Positions 9,485 to 19,367 of a stretch of 64,000 bases of DNA are shown here, piece after piece (position 1 is the stretch's first letter; the number at the start of each line of letters is the position of its first letter). Source of the stretch: an uncultured Woeseiaceae bacterium. GTDB lineage: Bacteria > Pseudomonadota > Gammaproteobacteria > Steroidobacterales > Woeseiaceae. The stretch spans positions 35,208 to 99,207 of the forward strand of contig CALZJH010000009.1 of assembly GCA_945787845.1 (NCBI GenBank), read 5' to 3'. The translations under genes and the position numbers were made by a program. Below the pieces are notes generated by a model that was given only the letters and a program-made list of their open reading frames with translations, searched no databases and was not told the origin of the DNA.

Positions 9485-10196
9485 TCATGAAGCTGCTGGT
9501 GTTCTCGACAACCAGCGACACGACAATCATGTAGCCGAACAGGACGGCGGCAGACTTCAGCGCCAGCGCGAACCAGCCTGGCTGATAAACACGGCGCGTT
9601 GCCAAAACGAAATAGGCGATGAAGTAGGCAAGAAGCAGGCCCCGTAGGATCAGCGCCAGCATGTTATTGCCCGCCACGTTTTCAAGTGGCATGGCCAGTG
9701 CCAGCACGACGTAGCCTGCGCTGTGGAGGTGTAGCGAGAAAATCAGGTGGTCGAAGTACAGCCGCCTCGCAAAGACAATCTTCAGCAGCACGGCGAAGAC
9801 AGGCAGTAACAGGAACATCAGGCGTGGCAGGTCGTCGGAGAGAAAACGCGCCTGCACGGCCGCGTCGAAACCCGGGTCCTGGCCGGGCTCCAGCAGGATG
9901 CCGCTCTGTGCCAGCCACGCCACGACCACAAAAAACGCAATGCTGATCACGAGATACAGGCGCAACGGCGACGAATAGCGGCGACGCCGGCCGTCAAGGA
10001 ACTCGCTGGTCAGCAAGCCGGGATGGCGGAACAGTGTCTTGACCGTCAGAGCGGAACGGCCATCGAGTTCGAACGTCTCTTTAATGACGTCGCCCAGCAA
10101 TCCCAGGATAGGACGTTTCAGGTCAACATCTTTTTGACCGCAAGTCGAACAGTAGGCGCCGTTGAGCCCGGCCTGGCAGTTTTTGCATAGCGGCAT
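9471..10196 (-). CDS. DUF3667-like membrane protein with N-terminal zinc ribbon
   Basis: CKNCQAGLNGAYCSTCGQ (CxxC...CxxC) is followed by several hydrophobic helices. Confidence 0.65.
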   Translation of the reverse strand: MPLCKNCQAGLNGAYCSTCGQKDVDLKRPILGLLGDVIKETFELDGRSALTVKTLFRHPGLLTSEFLDGRRRRYSSPLRLYLVISIAFFVVVAWLAQSGILLEPGQDPGFDAAVQARFLSDDLPRLMFLLLPVFAVLLKIVFARRLYFDHLIFSLHLHSAGYVVLALAMPLENVAGNNMLALILRGLLLAYFIAYFVLATRRVYQPGWFALALKSAAVLFGYMIVVSLVVENTSSFMIIAD

Positions 10197-10343
10197 GGGA
10201 CAGTGATACCGAGCCCGCTGCGCCGCGTCAATGCGGATACAACCTGAAACATCCCCACACAGTATTGAAACCTCCTTGGGACGGCACCCTGATACCGTTC
10301 ACACACTGATTTTTACCCCCTTGAACCCCCAGGAGAAACATCC

Positions 10344-10862
10344 ATGAACAAACGCATTTCAAATTTCCTCGGCCTTGCACTGATGGCCAAGTTCGTACTG
10401 GTCTTTATGGCGTCCACGGTCCATGCCGGTGACTACAACAAAGCACCGAGCAAGGACATCGTTGACACGGCCGTCGCAGCCGGCCAGTTTGAGACACTGG
10501 CGGCCGCACTCGGCGCTGCTGACCTGGTTGATACGCTCAAAGGCGACGGACCTTTTACGGTATTCGCTCCGACCGACGCAGCGTTTGCCAAGCTGCCTGA
10601 GGGTACGGTTGAGTCACTGCTGAAGCCTGAGAATCGCGACCAGCTGGTTGCCATCCTGACCTACCATGTTGTTGCTGGTGAGGCCAAAGCAGCCGACGTC
10701 GTCAAGCTTAGCGAGGCAACGACCGTTAACGGCCAGAGTGTTTCGATTGAAGTGAGCGACAACGGTGTACGCGTTGACAATGCCAATGTTGTCGCTACGG
10801 ATATCGCTGCAAGCAATGGCGTGATCCACGTCATCGATACCGTCATTCTGCCGAAGTCCTAA
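10344..10862 (+). CDS. Fasciclin (FAS1) domain secreted protein
   Basis: A signal peptide is followed by [14 protein letters not shown] and [13 protein letters not shown], the FAS1 H1/H2 motifs. Confidence 0.9.
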   Translation: MNKRISNFLGLALMAKFVLVFMASTVHAGDYNKAPSKDIVDTAVAAGQFETLAAALGAADLVDTLKGDGPFTVFAPTDAAFAKLPEGTVESLLKPENRDQLVAILTYHVVAGEAKAADVVKLSEATTVNGQSVSIEVSDNGVRVDNANVVATDIAASNGVIHVIDTVILPKS

Positions 10863-10872
10863 GACCCGGTGC

Positions 10873-10902
10873 GGGTGGCACGGCGACGTGCCACCCGTTT
10901 TT
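10873..10902 (+). terminator. Rho-independent terminator downstream of the fasciclin gene
   Basis: A perfect 10-bp stem GGGTGGCACG / CGTGCCACCC with loop GCGA is followed by GTTTTT. Confidence 0.7.
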
Positions 10903-10904
10903 CC

Positions 10905-11648
10905 ATGCCTGTCCTCTCAAAACTCTCCATCGCTGCCAACGTCGCTGTCATCGGCGCAAGCGGCGGCATTGGTGGAGAATTTGTGCGCCAGCTCAGTGCC
11001 GCTGAGCACATTGCGCAGGTCCACGCCTTTTCGCGGGCCGGGACGGACTTTGCCGATGACAAGGTTCTCTCTCACACGATCGACATCACTGACGAAGACA
11101 GCATTCGCCACGCGGCGCTCGCGGCCAGTGCCGAAGCGCCGCTGGATGCCGTGATCGTCGCGGCAGGCATGCTTCACGCCGGCAGTATTCAGCCCGAGAA
11201 GAGTCTCGCTCAAATTGACCCGCAGGCGATGCTTGAAGTCATGCAGGTCAACGCCGTCGGTCCTGCGCTCGTCGCCAAACACTTCCTGCCCAGGATGCGG
11301 CGCGATGCCAGAACAGTTTTTGCGGCATTGTCGGCCCGCGTGGGCAGCATTGCCGACAATCGCCTGGGGGGTTGGGCATCCTACCGGGCGTCGAAGGCGG
11401 CACTGAACATGCTGCTGAAGACCGCAGCCATCGAACAGGCTCGGCGCTTCCCGGAGTGCATCATCGTTGGCCTGCATCCAGGCACTGTCAACACCTGCTT
11501 GTCGAAGCCGTTTCAACGCCGGGTTCCCGAGGGTCAGTTGTTTACACCGGAAAAGTCGGTTACTCATCTTTGCCGCGTGATTGACGGCCTGTCACCGACC
11601 GACAGCGGACGCTGCTTTGCATGGGACGGCAACGCAGTTGACTATTAA
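10905..11648 (+). CDS. Short-chain dehydrogenase/reductase (SDR)
   Basis: The protein has a VAVIGASGGIGGEF Rossmann motif and a YRASKAALN catalytic Tyr-x3-Lys. I moved the start to the ATG at 10905 because the track's N-terminal extension runs through the terminator hairpin. Confidence 0.8.
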   Translation: MPVLSKLSIAANVAVIGASGGIGGEFVRQLSAAEHIAQVHAFSRAGTDFADDKVLSHTIDITDEDSIRHAALAASAEAPLDAVIVAAGMLHAGSIQPEKSLAQIDPQAMLEVMQVNAVGPALVAKHFLPRMRRDARTVFAALSARVGSIADNRLGGWASYRASKAALNMLLKTAAIEQARRFPECIIVGLHPGTVNTCLSKPFQRRVPEGQLFTPEKSVTHLCRVIDGLSPTDSGRCFAWDGNAVDY

Positions 11649-11668
11649 CCCAAGCGGTTTGGAGTATT

Positions 11669-12310
11669 ATGAAAAAGGCACATCGATTTTCAGCAATCCT
11701 CGTTTTCTTACTCGCGGTGCATCCGGCAATGGCGACTGAAGAACCTGCCTTTGAAGTTCTTGCGACCGCCGATGACTATGAGATTCGCCGCTATGCGCCG
11801 TATATTGTGGCCGAGGTCGACGTGGACGGCGACATGAAGAAGGCGGGCAATGACGCGTTCAGAATTCTCGCCGGCTATATTTTTGGAAAGAACGAGCCAG
11901 GCCAGAAAATGGCGATGACTGCGCCCGTCATTACGAAGCCCGCCGGTCAGGGTCAGCGCATGAACATGACAGCGCCCGTCTTGTCCAGTCCGGCAGGCGA
12001 CTCGACCGAGGCGTATACCTACGCATTCGTCATGGAGTCGCGCTTTTCGATGGAGAGCTTGCCAAAACCTCTCGACTCCCGGATTCGGCTCGTCGAGATA
12101 CCGGCCAGGGATGTCGCCGTACGCCGTTACTCGGGCAGCTGGAGCAACAAGAATTTTCTGAAGAACCAGGACACACTGCTCACGGCGCTGCAGGACGACG
12201 GCGTCGTGTTGTCCGGTCAGCCCTTGCTGGCGCGCTACAATAGCCCGCTTACACCCTGGTTCTTGCGACGTAACGAGGTTCTGGTCGAAATTGAGTGGCA
12301 TGACGAATGA
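11669..12310 (+). CDS. SOUL/heme-binding-protein family, secreted
   Basis: A signal peptide is followed by EEPAFEVL..YEIRRYAPY. The MTAPV motif is duplicated and the size is typical of the SOUL family. Confidence 0.75.
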   Translation: MKKAHRFSAILVFLLAVHPAMATEEPAFEVLATADDYEIRRYAPYIVAEVDVDGDMKKAGNDAFRILAGYIFGKNEPGQKMAMTAPVITKPAGQGQRMNMTAPVLSSPAGDSTEAYTYAFVMESRFSMESLPKPLDSRIRLVEIPARDVAVRRYSGSWSNKNFLKNQDTLLTALQDDGVVLSGQPLLARYNSPLTPWFLRRNEVLVEIEWHDE

Positions 12311-13763
12311 GCTGTCGAAGGTCGACCTGGTATTTGGCGCCAGCGGGTACATCGGAACCAATCTTGTCGAGTTCCTGCTCGCGGAAGGCCGCCATGTTCG
12401 CGCATCATCAAGAAATATCGAGGTCATCCGCGGCAGGAATTGGCCCGGTGTCGAGCTGCGCAGCGCGGATGCTCTGAATCCTGAGCAACTCGACGACGTG
12501 CTGCACGGCGTCGACACGGCCTACTACCTGGTCCACTCGATGGCTGCCGGGGACGCGTTTCCGGAAATAGATGCGCGAGCCGCGAAGAATTTTGCGGCGG
12601 CGGCCGAACGGCAGGGCCTGAGGCGCATCGTCTACCTCGGCGGGCTGACACCTGACAATCCGCGCTCTGTGCATCTCCGCTCTCGCGAGGAGACCGGCGA
12701 TATACTGCGTGCCGGCTCAGTACCTGTCACTGAATTACGTGCCGGCATGATCATCGGTCCGGGTTCGGCCGCGTGGGAAGTCATACGCGATCTCGTCAAT
12801 CATCTTCCCGTCATGATTACGCCGCGCTGGGTCTTTTCGCGTTCGACGCCAATCGCGCTGCGGAACTTGCTGCGCTACCTGGCCGATGTCCCGCAACTCG
12901 ATGCGACCGCAGGCCAGACCTACGATGTTGCCGGCCCGGATGTATTGACCTACAAGGAAATCATGCTTCGCTATGCCGGCCTTATCGGCAAACGGCGGAT
13001 CATTATTCCTGTGCCCGTGCTTACGCCGCGGCTCTCGTCCTACTGGCTACGCCTGGTGACGTCGGTACCGACAAACGTCGCCCGCGCATTGATCGGCGGG
13101 CTTACACAGGACGTTATCGCTCGCGACCATCGACTGGCTGAACTCATCCCGCAGGAATTGCTGGGCTTCGATGAAGCCGCCGCGACAGCGCTCGACGCAG
13201 ACCGGCAGCATGAGTTGCCGGCACACTGGGTCGAAGCCGCGATTGCCTGTAAGGAGTTCCACCCGGCCTACAGCTATTATGCGAAACAGGCCGAGGGCAG
13301 CGCCGCTACCTCGGCATCGGCGGCCGACCTCTGGAGCATCGCCTGCCGCTTCGGCGCGGCTGGTGACTTCTTCTACCTGGGAGGACTCTGGTGGATCCGT
13401 CGAGCCATTGACTGGCTCGCGGGCGGGCCGAGTTTTCGGCGGCAGCGACGCCATCCCGAGGAACTGAGGGTGGGGGACGTCATCGACGCATGGCGTGTCA
13501 TTGAGTACGAGCCGTTCGAGAAACTCACACTGCTCATGGAGATGAAAGCGCCCGGTGCCGGAGTTCTCGAGTTCCGCATAGACGACCTGTCTTCCGAGCG
13601 CCGGGTCACCGTCCAGGCTTACTGGCATCCGGCCGGCGTATGGGGCTTGCTGTACTGGTACGCGACGCTGCCGCTGCATGCGATTCTGTTCAAGGGTACG
13701 GCGCGCCGGATCGCGGAGCGGGCCCGCCGCCCGTCGGCAATCGAAATATCCGAAAACCTGTAG
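12300..13763 (+). CDS. NAD(P)H-binding atypical SDR fused to a DUF2867-like C-terminal domain
   Basis: The nucleotide-binding motif is VFGASGYIGTNLV. The C-terminal ~150 aa (VIEYEPFEKLTLLMEMKAPGAGVLEFRI) resembles DUF2867. The ATG at 12300 is preferred over the TTG at 12291. Confidence 0.7.
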   Translation: MTNELSKVDLVFGASGYIGTNLVEFLLAEGRHVRASSRNIEVIRGRNWPGVELRSADALNPEQLDDVLHGVDTAYYLVHSMAAGDAFPEIDARAAKNFAAAAERQGLRRIVYLGGLTPDNPRSVHLRSREETGDILRAGSVPVTELRAGMIIGPGSAAWEVIRDLVNHLPVMITPRWVFSRSTPIALRNLLRYLADVPQLDATAGQTYDVAGPDVLTYKEIMLRYAGLIGKRRIIIPVPVLTPRLSSYWLRLVTSVPTNVARALIGGLTQDVIARDHRLAELIPQELLGFDEAAATALDADRQHELPAHWVEAAIACKEFHPAYSYYAKQAEGSAATSASAADLWSIACRFGAAGDFFYLGGLWWIRRAIDWLAGGPSFRRQRRHPEELRVGDVIDAWRVIEYEPFEKLTLLMEMKAPGAGVLEFRIDDLSSERRVTVQAYWHPAGVWGLLYWYATLPLHAILFKGTARRIAERARRPSAIEISENL

Positions 13764-13812
13764 TAAATTTCGCTGTCTTGCGCTGCAGCCAAACCCGTCC
13801 GAGGATATTCTT

Positions 13813-14703
13813 ATGCGCCGCATTATCGTCGCAATCCTGATTGCTGCAATTGCAGCAGCGTGGTGGGTTACTGCGCCCACAACCCTGACCGCGAAGGAGC
13901 TGCCGGACATTACCCCCGATCCCGTCGCCGGTGAACGAATCTTCTGGGCCGGAGGCTGTGCGTCCTGCCACGCGACGCCGGTTGACGGGGAGCGCGCCAG
14001 GGGTGACGGCAAGCTCAGGCTTGGTGGTGGCATGGAGCTCGACTCACCGTATGGCGTCTTTCGGGCGCCTAATATCTCTCCGCATGCGGACGGGATCGGC
14101 GGCTGGTCAATGCTAGACTTTGCCAATGCCATGCAGCGCGGCGTATCGCCGGACGGCAGGCACTACTATCCCTCGTTTCCGTATACGTCATACGCCAAAG
14201 CGGACCCTGCCGACATCCTGCATCTCAAAGCCTACCTCGATACGCTTCCGGCTATCGCCGGCCGCGTGGCGGATCACTCGCTGGCGTTTCCGTGGTCGCT
14301 GCGGCGCGGCCTTGGCGCCTGGAAACGGCTCTACCTCGATGCGACACCCGTCATCCCTGCCGGGACGTCGAACGCGCTGGTCGAGCAGGGCCGGCAACTG
14401 GTTGAAGGCCTTGGCCATTGTGGCGAATGTCATACCGAGCGCGATCTTCTCGGCGGCCTGCGAGCCGACCGCTGGCTTGCCGGTGCGCCGAGCCTCGAGG
14501 GGGAGGGTCGCGTCCCCGGTATCACGTCGGCCGGCAAGAACGTCGGCTCATGGTCGGACGATGACATTGCCTATTACCTTGAGACAGGCTTCACGCCGGA
14601 ATTCGACGCGGTTGGGGGCAACATGGTCGCCGTGCAGGAGAACATGGCAAGGCTGACGGCAGAGGACCGGCAGGCAATCGCCGCGTACCTGAAGTCGCTC
14701 TGA
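13813..14703 (+). CDS. Dihaem c-type cytochrome, membrane-anchored/periplasmic
   Basis: There are two CxxCH motifs (CASCH and CGECH) and an N-terminal hydrophobic anchor MRRIIVAILIAAIAAAWW. The start was trimmed from 13678 to the ATG at 13813. Confidence 0.8.
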   Translation: MRRIIVAILIAAIAAAWWVTAPTTLTAKELPDITPDPVAGERIFWAGGCASCHATPVDGERARGDGKLRLGGGMELDSPYGVFRAPNISPHADGIGGWSMLDFANAMQRGVSPDGRHYYPSFPYTSYAKADPADILHLKAYLDTLPAIAGRVADHSLAFPWSLRRGLGAWKRLYLDATPVIPAGTSNALVEQGRQLVEGLGHCGECHTERDLLGGLRADRWLAGAPSLEGEGRVPGITSAGKNVGSWSDDDIAYYLETGFTPEFDAVGGNMVAVQENMARLTAEDRQAIAAYLKSL

Positions 14704-14811
14704 GACCAGCTTGTCCCGGGAGTCCGTATAAGCCTCGATTGTCTCGAGGCTCCTCCCCGGTACAGTGAGGTCAATGACACCGAGTCCGTCTAAAAAACCG
14801 GGGAGGATCTT

Positions 14812-15006
14812 ATGTCCATCGTGAACGTCCTTGTAATTGCTGCACTTATCGCAACGGTTGTCGTGCTGGCGCTGGGTCTGCGTTCCATGGCCCGTGGCGG
14901 ATCCTATGATCAGGAGCATGCCGAAAAATTCATGTGGGAGCGTGTCGTTCTCCAGGGCCTGGTGGTAGTTCTCCTGCTTGCGGCAGCGGTCCTGTTAAAC
15001 ACCTGA
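14812..15006 (+). CDS. HIG1-like twin-transmembrane-helix small protein
   Basis: The protein is 64 aa with two hydrophobic helices flanking RGGSYDQEHAEKFMWERV. A GGAGG-like Shine-Dalgarno lies upstream. Confidence 0.55.
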   Translation: MSIVNVLVIAALIATVVVLALGLRSMARGGSYDQEHAEKFMWERVVLQGLVVVLLLAAAVLLNT

Positions 15007-15059
15007 AACCCGGTTAGAATAGCGCCCGACTAATGGACTAGCCTGAGGAGCTCCGGACC

Positions 15060-15590
15060 ATGCGTATCGACGCAATTTCTATTGGCGAGAACCCGCCCGA
15101 CGACGTTAACGTCATTATTGAGGTGCCGCTCGGCGGACAGCCGATCAAGTACGAACTCGACAAGGAAGCCGGAACGCTCGTCGTCGATCGCTTTCTTTAC
15201 ACACCGATGTCGTATCCGGGGAACTACGGATTCGTGCCGCACACGCTATCAGAGGACGGCGATCCGATTGACGTCTTGGTGATCAATACGCGTGAGCTGG
15301 TCCCGGCCTGCGTGATCAACGTACGGCCCGTAGGCGTGCTGATCATGGAAGACAATGCCGGGCAGGATGAGAAAGTCATCGCGGTGCCCTCACATGCGTT
15401 GACCAAACGCTACGACGACGTCACGAACTACACCGACCTGCCCGAGATCACGATGGCGCAGATCGAGCATTTCTTTGAGCACTACAAGGATCTCGAGCCC
15501 GGCAAGTGGGTCAAGATCGGCGACTGGCACGGCGTTGACGATGCGAAGCAGTTGATCGTGGAAGCGATCGAGCGCGCGAAGGCGCTGTAG
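15060..15590 (+). CDS. ppa: Inorganic pyrophosphatase (family I)
   Basis: The 176-aa protein carries [23 protein letters not shown] and is collinear with soluble PPases. Confidence 0.95.
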   Translation: MRIDAISIGENPPDDVNVIIEVPLGGQPIKYELDKEAGTLVVDRFLYTPMSYPGNYGFVPHTLSEDGDPIDVLVINTRELVPACVINVRPVGVLIMEDNAGQDEKVIAVPSHALTKRYDDVTNYTDLPEITMAQIEHFFEHYKDLEPGKWVKIGDWHGVDDAKQLIVEAIERAKAL

Positions 15591-15606
15591 CGAACGCCTA
15601 CAGCGC
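15582..15606. terminator. 9-bp hairpin spanning both stop codons of convergent ppa and the AKR gene
   Basis: The hairpin is GCGCTGTAG-cgaacgc-CTACAGCGC. There is no T-run, so it could be a bidirectional terminator or an mRNA-stabilising hairpin. Confidence 0.4.
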
Positions 15607-16515
15607 GTCGAAAAAGGCCTCCTGACGCTGACGTTCGTCGGCGTCTGGCAAGCGCCCGTGTGCCGCGCCAAAGTTGTCGTCGACATGATGCAGCTTGGTC
15701 ATGCCCGGTATGCTCAGGGTCGCCGCCGGGTGGCCGATCGCGTACTTCAACAGGAACTGTGCCCAGCTTTCACAGCCGAACTCGCGTGCCCAGTCGGGCA
15801 GCGGCTGCTTACCGACCTTCTCGAAGATACGGCCGCCGCCAAAAGCACGGTTAATAATCACGGCAACGCCGCGATCCGCCGCGAGTGGCAGGATGCGCTC
15901 GGCCGCCTCACGTTGTTCGAGAGAATAGTTGATCTGGATGAAGTCGAGCGTTTCTTTGGCGAGGACTTTCTCGAACTCCTCGTACTGGCGCGCACGCGAG
16001 GTCGTGATGCCGACGTATCGAACCTTGCCTTCCTGCCGCCACTCACGCAGGACGGGCAGGGCATCCTGCCACGCGATCAGGTTGTGCACTTGCAGGAGTT
16101 CGAACTTGTCCGTCCGCAGGCGGCGCATCGACTCCTCGATCTGTGCATGGGTAGCCCCGCCGCCGCCTTCTTTGTCGACTTTGGTCGCAATGAACAGGTC
16201 ATCCCGAATATCGAGGTCGGCGATCAGGTCACCGAGGACGGCTTCCGAGGAGCGGTACATGGGCGCGGTATCGATGACGGTGCCGCCAAGCTCGTGGAAC
16301 CGGCCGAGGGCAGCCCGCAGCAAGGCACGTTTCTCGGTGTCGTCCCCGACGCCGTAGCGATTGGTGCCGAGTCCGACGATCGGGACCTTTTCCCCGCTGG
16401 ATGGTATCGCCTTACGGATCATGTGTTCCGGGCCGGCCCACGCGTGGCCGCCCAGTGCGGCCAGTGACAGGGCCCCTAGCCCGGCTTTGTTGAATTCACG
16501 TCGCGTAACAGTCAT
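15598..16515 (-). CDS. Aldo/keto reductase with twin-arginine (Tat) signal peptide
   Basis: The N-terminus is MTVTRREFNKAGLGALSLAALGGHAWA (Tat motif). AKR motifs are IDTAPMYRSSE, FIATKV and LLQVHNL. Confidence 0.85.
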   Translation of the reverse strand: MTVTRREFNKAGLGALSLAALGGHAWAGPEHMIRKAIPSSGEKVPIVGLGTNRYGVGDDTEKRALLRAALGRFHELGGTVIDTAPMYRSSEAVLGDLIADLDIRDDLFIATKVDKEGGGGATHAQIEESMRRLRTDKFELLQVHNLIAWQDALPVLREWRQEGKVRYVGITTSRARQYEEFEKVLAKETLDFIQINYSLEQREAAERILPLAADRGVAVIINRAFGGGRIFEKVGKQPLPDWAREFGCESWAQFLLKYAIGHPAATLSIPGMTKLHHVDDNFGAAHGRLPDADERQRQEAFFDAL

Positions 16516-16525
16516 GAAAGCACTC

Positions 16526-17965
16526 CTAACCCTGCATATCCTCCAGTTCGATTCCCTTGGTCTCGTGCACCATCTTGATGACGAACACGATCGAGATAAC
16601 GGCGCAGACCGTGTAAAAGCCGTACGCCCCGGCCAACCCGATGCCCGCCAGCATCATGGGGAAGGTCATCGTGATGGCGAAATTCGAGCCCCACTGTGCG
16701 AGACCGGAAACAGCCAGGCCAGTTCCCCTGATCTGGTTGGGGAACATCTCGCCAAGCATGACCCACATGACCGGTCCCCACGAGAAATTGAAGAACATGA
16801 CGTAGGCATTCGCCGCGATCAGCGCCATGGGCCCGTAGATTCCCTCGAGCGTAAGGCCGCCAGTTGTCGAAGTGGACGCATTCAAAAAGGCATAGGCCAC
16901 CACGGCCAGCGTCGCCGACATGCCGATCGAACCAATGAGCAGGATCGGTTTGCGCCCGATACGGTCGATGAGCAACAGCGCGGCGGTGACCGCGGCGATG
17001 CTGAGCCCGCCACTGACGATATTGATCAGCAACGCGTCGCTTTCGGTGAAGCCGACCGACTGCCACAGCACGGCCCCGTAGTAGAACACGACGTTGATAC
17101 CTACAAGCTGCTGGAACGTCGCGAGCCCGATGCCGACCCAGACGAGTCGGCGAATCCGCCCGGTAGCGGGATCGACCAGGTCGGCGAACCTGGGGTTGTG
17201 GTGATCGGCCGCAAGCGAGGCATCGATTTCGTCCGCCTTGCGTACCGCGGCGTCGGCGCCGCCGAGCTTCGTCAGGACCTCGATCGCTTTGTCGCGCTGC
17301 CGGTGCAACACGAGAAACCGCGGGCTTTCCGGGATAATGAACAAGGCGAGGAGGAAGATCGTTGCAGGGATCAGTTCGATCCAGAACATCCACCGCCAGG
17401 CCTCAAAGCCCAGCCACAGTTCGCTCATCGACGAGCCTGCGGCGGCGGCGATCAGGTAGTTGCTGAAGAACGCCATGAAGAGTCCGAAGATGATCGCGAT
17501 CTGCTGCACCGTGGCGAGCGTGCCGCGGTAGTGTGCCGGGCTGACTTCACTGATGTACGCCGGCGCCAGCACGCTGGCGGCGCCGACCGCGAGGCCGCCC
17601 AGGACGCGAAAAACGACGAATTCCATCGAGCCGCCGGCGATGCCGGACCCCCAGGCGCTGACAATGAAAAACACCGCCGCCACGCGCATGATTGATCGCC
17701 GCCCGAAGCGGTCTGCGAGGCGTCCCGCGAAGAATGCACCGATCGCACAACCCAGCAGCATCGACGCCACGTTAAAACCCGTGCCGACGCTGTCGGAATC
17801 GAATGCTGTCTGCAGGCCATCGACCGTGCCGTTTATCACGCCGCTGTCGAAGCCGAACAGGAAGCCGCCTATCGTTGCGATGCAACTGATAAGCACGATG
17901 TACATCGTATGTTGTGAGGTGCCTGCTGCGTCGGCCACCGCCATCCCCTTGTTGTTGTTGTGCAT
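16526..17965 (-). CDS. MFS sugar porter (GalP/XylE-like sugar:H+ symporter)
   Basis: The 479-aa protein has the sugar-porter signatures [17 protein letters not shown] and HETKG. Confidence 0.9.
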   Translation of the reverse strand: MHNNNKGMAVADAAGTSQHTMYIVLISCIATIGGFLFGFDSGVINGTVDGLQTAFDSDSVGTGFNVASMLLGCAIGAFFAGRLADRFGRRSIMRVAAVFFIVSAWGSGIAGGSMEFVVFRVLGGLAVGAASVLAPAYISEVSPAHYRGTLATVQQIAIIFGLFMAFFSNYLIAAAAGSSMSELWLGFEAWRWMFWIELIPATIFLLALFIIPESPRFLVLHRQRDKAIEVLTKLGGADAAVRKADEIDASLAADHHNPRFADLVDPATGRIRRLVWVGIGLATFQQLVGINVVFYYGAVLWQSVGFTESDALLINIVSGGLSIAAVTAALLLIDRIGRKPILLIGSIGMSATLAVVAYAFLNASTSTTGGLTLEGIYGPMALIAANAYVMFFNFSWGPVMWVMLGEMFPNQIRGTGLAVSGLAQWGSNFAITMTFPMMLAGIGLAGAYGFYTVCAVISIVFVIKMVHETKGIELEDMQG

Positions 17966-18043
17966 GGATTATGCATGCCACTGTCAAGATGTGCACGACG
18001 CTGGCACAATTGGCGGTTCTGCAATACGGACGGCGAGGCCCCG

Positions 18044-18496
18044 ATGCCAGGACTCTATTTTGAGGAATTCAAGGTCGGCCAGACCTTCGATCATCCGATT
18101 CGGCGTACGATCACCGAAACCGACAACGTGCTGATCACGACCATGACGCACAACCCGGCGTCATTGCATCTCGATGCCGAGTACATGAAGACCACCGAAT
18201 TTGGCAAGCCGCTCGTCAACAGCTGCCTGACACTGGGTTTCATGGTGGGGATCTCGGTCAACGATACGACGCATGGCACGACGGTGGCGAATCTCGGCTG
18301 GGATGAAGTGCGGTTCCCGAAGCCACTGTTTTGCGGCGACACCATTCGAGTGGAGTCCGAGGTTCTCGAGACACGCGAGAGTCGCTCGCGGCCGGACAAC
18401 GGCATCGTGATCTTTGCCCATCGCGCGTACAACCAGGACAACGAACTTGTTGGTGAATGCAAACGCTCGGCGCTCATGATGAGAAAGCCCGCATGA
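18044..18496 (+). CDS. MaoC-family (hot-dog) enoyl-CoA hydratase/dehydratase
   Basis: The 150-aa protein begins [15 protein letters not shown]...[22 protein letters not shown], a typical MaoC dehydratase N-terminus. The start was trimmed to the ATG at 18044. Confidence 0.8.
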   Translation: MPGLYFEEFKVGQTFDHPIRRTITETDNVLITTMTHNPASLHLDAEYMKTTEFGKPLVNSCLTLGFMVGISVNDTTHGTTVANLGWDEVRFPKPLFCGDTIRVESEVLETRESRSRPDNGIVIFAHRAYNQDNELVGECKRSALMMRKPA

Positions 18497-19347
18497 ATCG
18501 CAGCTTCCTGTTTGTCCCGGCCGACTCGGAACGCAAACTGGTAAAGGCGGGCAGCGTGGGTGCAGACGCGCTGATCCTGGACCTGGAGGACGCCGTTGCT
18601 CCTGCGGCCCGGCCGCAGGCGAGGAGGCTGGCGGTCGATTATCTGCAGGACGCGGACAATGCCTGGGTGCGTATCAACCCCATCGATACGGATGATTCGA
18701 TTGCCGATCTCGATGCAGTGATGTCGGGGGCGCCGGCCGGCATCGTGCTGCCAAAGCCGCGCAGTGCGGCCGACGCGGTCGTGCTCGCGGAGCGGCTTGG
18801 CGACCTGGAGAAAAAACACGGCCTCGAACCAGGCAGCACCCACATCATGGCCCTGTGCACCGAGCACCCCGAGGCCCTGTTCACGCTGGATAGCTACATC
18901 GGCGCGACCCCGCGCCTCGATGCCCTGTCCTGGGGCGCCGAGGATCTCGCGGCGGCCACTGGCGGCGTCGCCAACCGTGACGACGACGGTAACTGGTTAC
19001 CCCGCTTCGAGATGGCGCGCTCGCTGTGCCTGTTCGCCGCCGCGGCTGCGGAAGTTGCGGCTGTCGATACGGTCTATACGGACTTCCGCGATCTCGACGG
19101 CTTGCTACGCTACGCCTCGCAAGCAAGACGCGACGGGTTCAGCGGTATGCTCGCGATCCATCCGGCCCAGGTCGAAGTGATCAACGCAGCGTTTGAACCA
19201 ACGGCCGAAGAACTCGAGCGGGCGGCTCGCATCATTAGACTATTTGATGAGAACCCGGGCGCTGGAACGGTCGGGCTGGATGGTAAAATGATAGACCGAC
19301 CGCACCTAGTCCAGGCAAGGCGATTGCTGCAAACAAAAGGCAAGTAA
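18493..19347 (+). CDS. CitE/HpcH-family acyl-CoA lyase (malyl-/citramalyl-CoA lyase-like)
   Basis: The sequence reads [16 protein letters not shown]...[10 protein letters not shown]...WGAEDL. Its ATG overlaps the MaoC stop (ATGA), which implies translational coupling. Confidence 0.8.
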   Translation: MNRSFLFVPADSERKLVKAGSVGADALILDLEDAVAPAARPQARRLAVDYLQDADNAWVRINPIDTDDSIADLDAVMSGAPAGIVLPKPRSAADAVVLAERLGDLEKKHGLEPGSTHIMALCTEHPEALFTLDSYIGATPRLDALSWGAEDLAAATGGVANRDDDGNWLPRFEMARSLCLFAAAAAEVAAVDTVYTDFRDLDGLLRYASQARRDGFSGMLAIHPAQVEVINAAFEPTAEELERAARIIRLFDENPGAGTVGLDGKMIDRPHLVQARRLLQTKGK

Positions 19348-19367
19348 CAGACAAAAGGCAAAGCAAT

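Noticed and set aside
16361-17695. 444-aa plus-strand ORF (and the similar 19110-20303 minus ORF inside acs)
   Set aside because: These are antisense to the MFS sugar porter and to acs respectively. Both have Arg/Asp-rich composition and no motifs.
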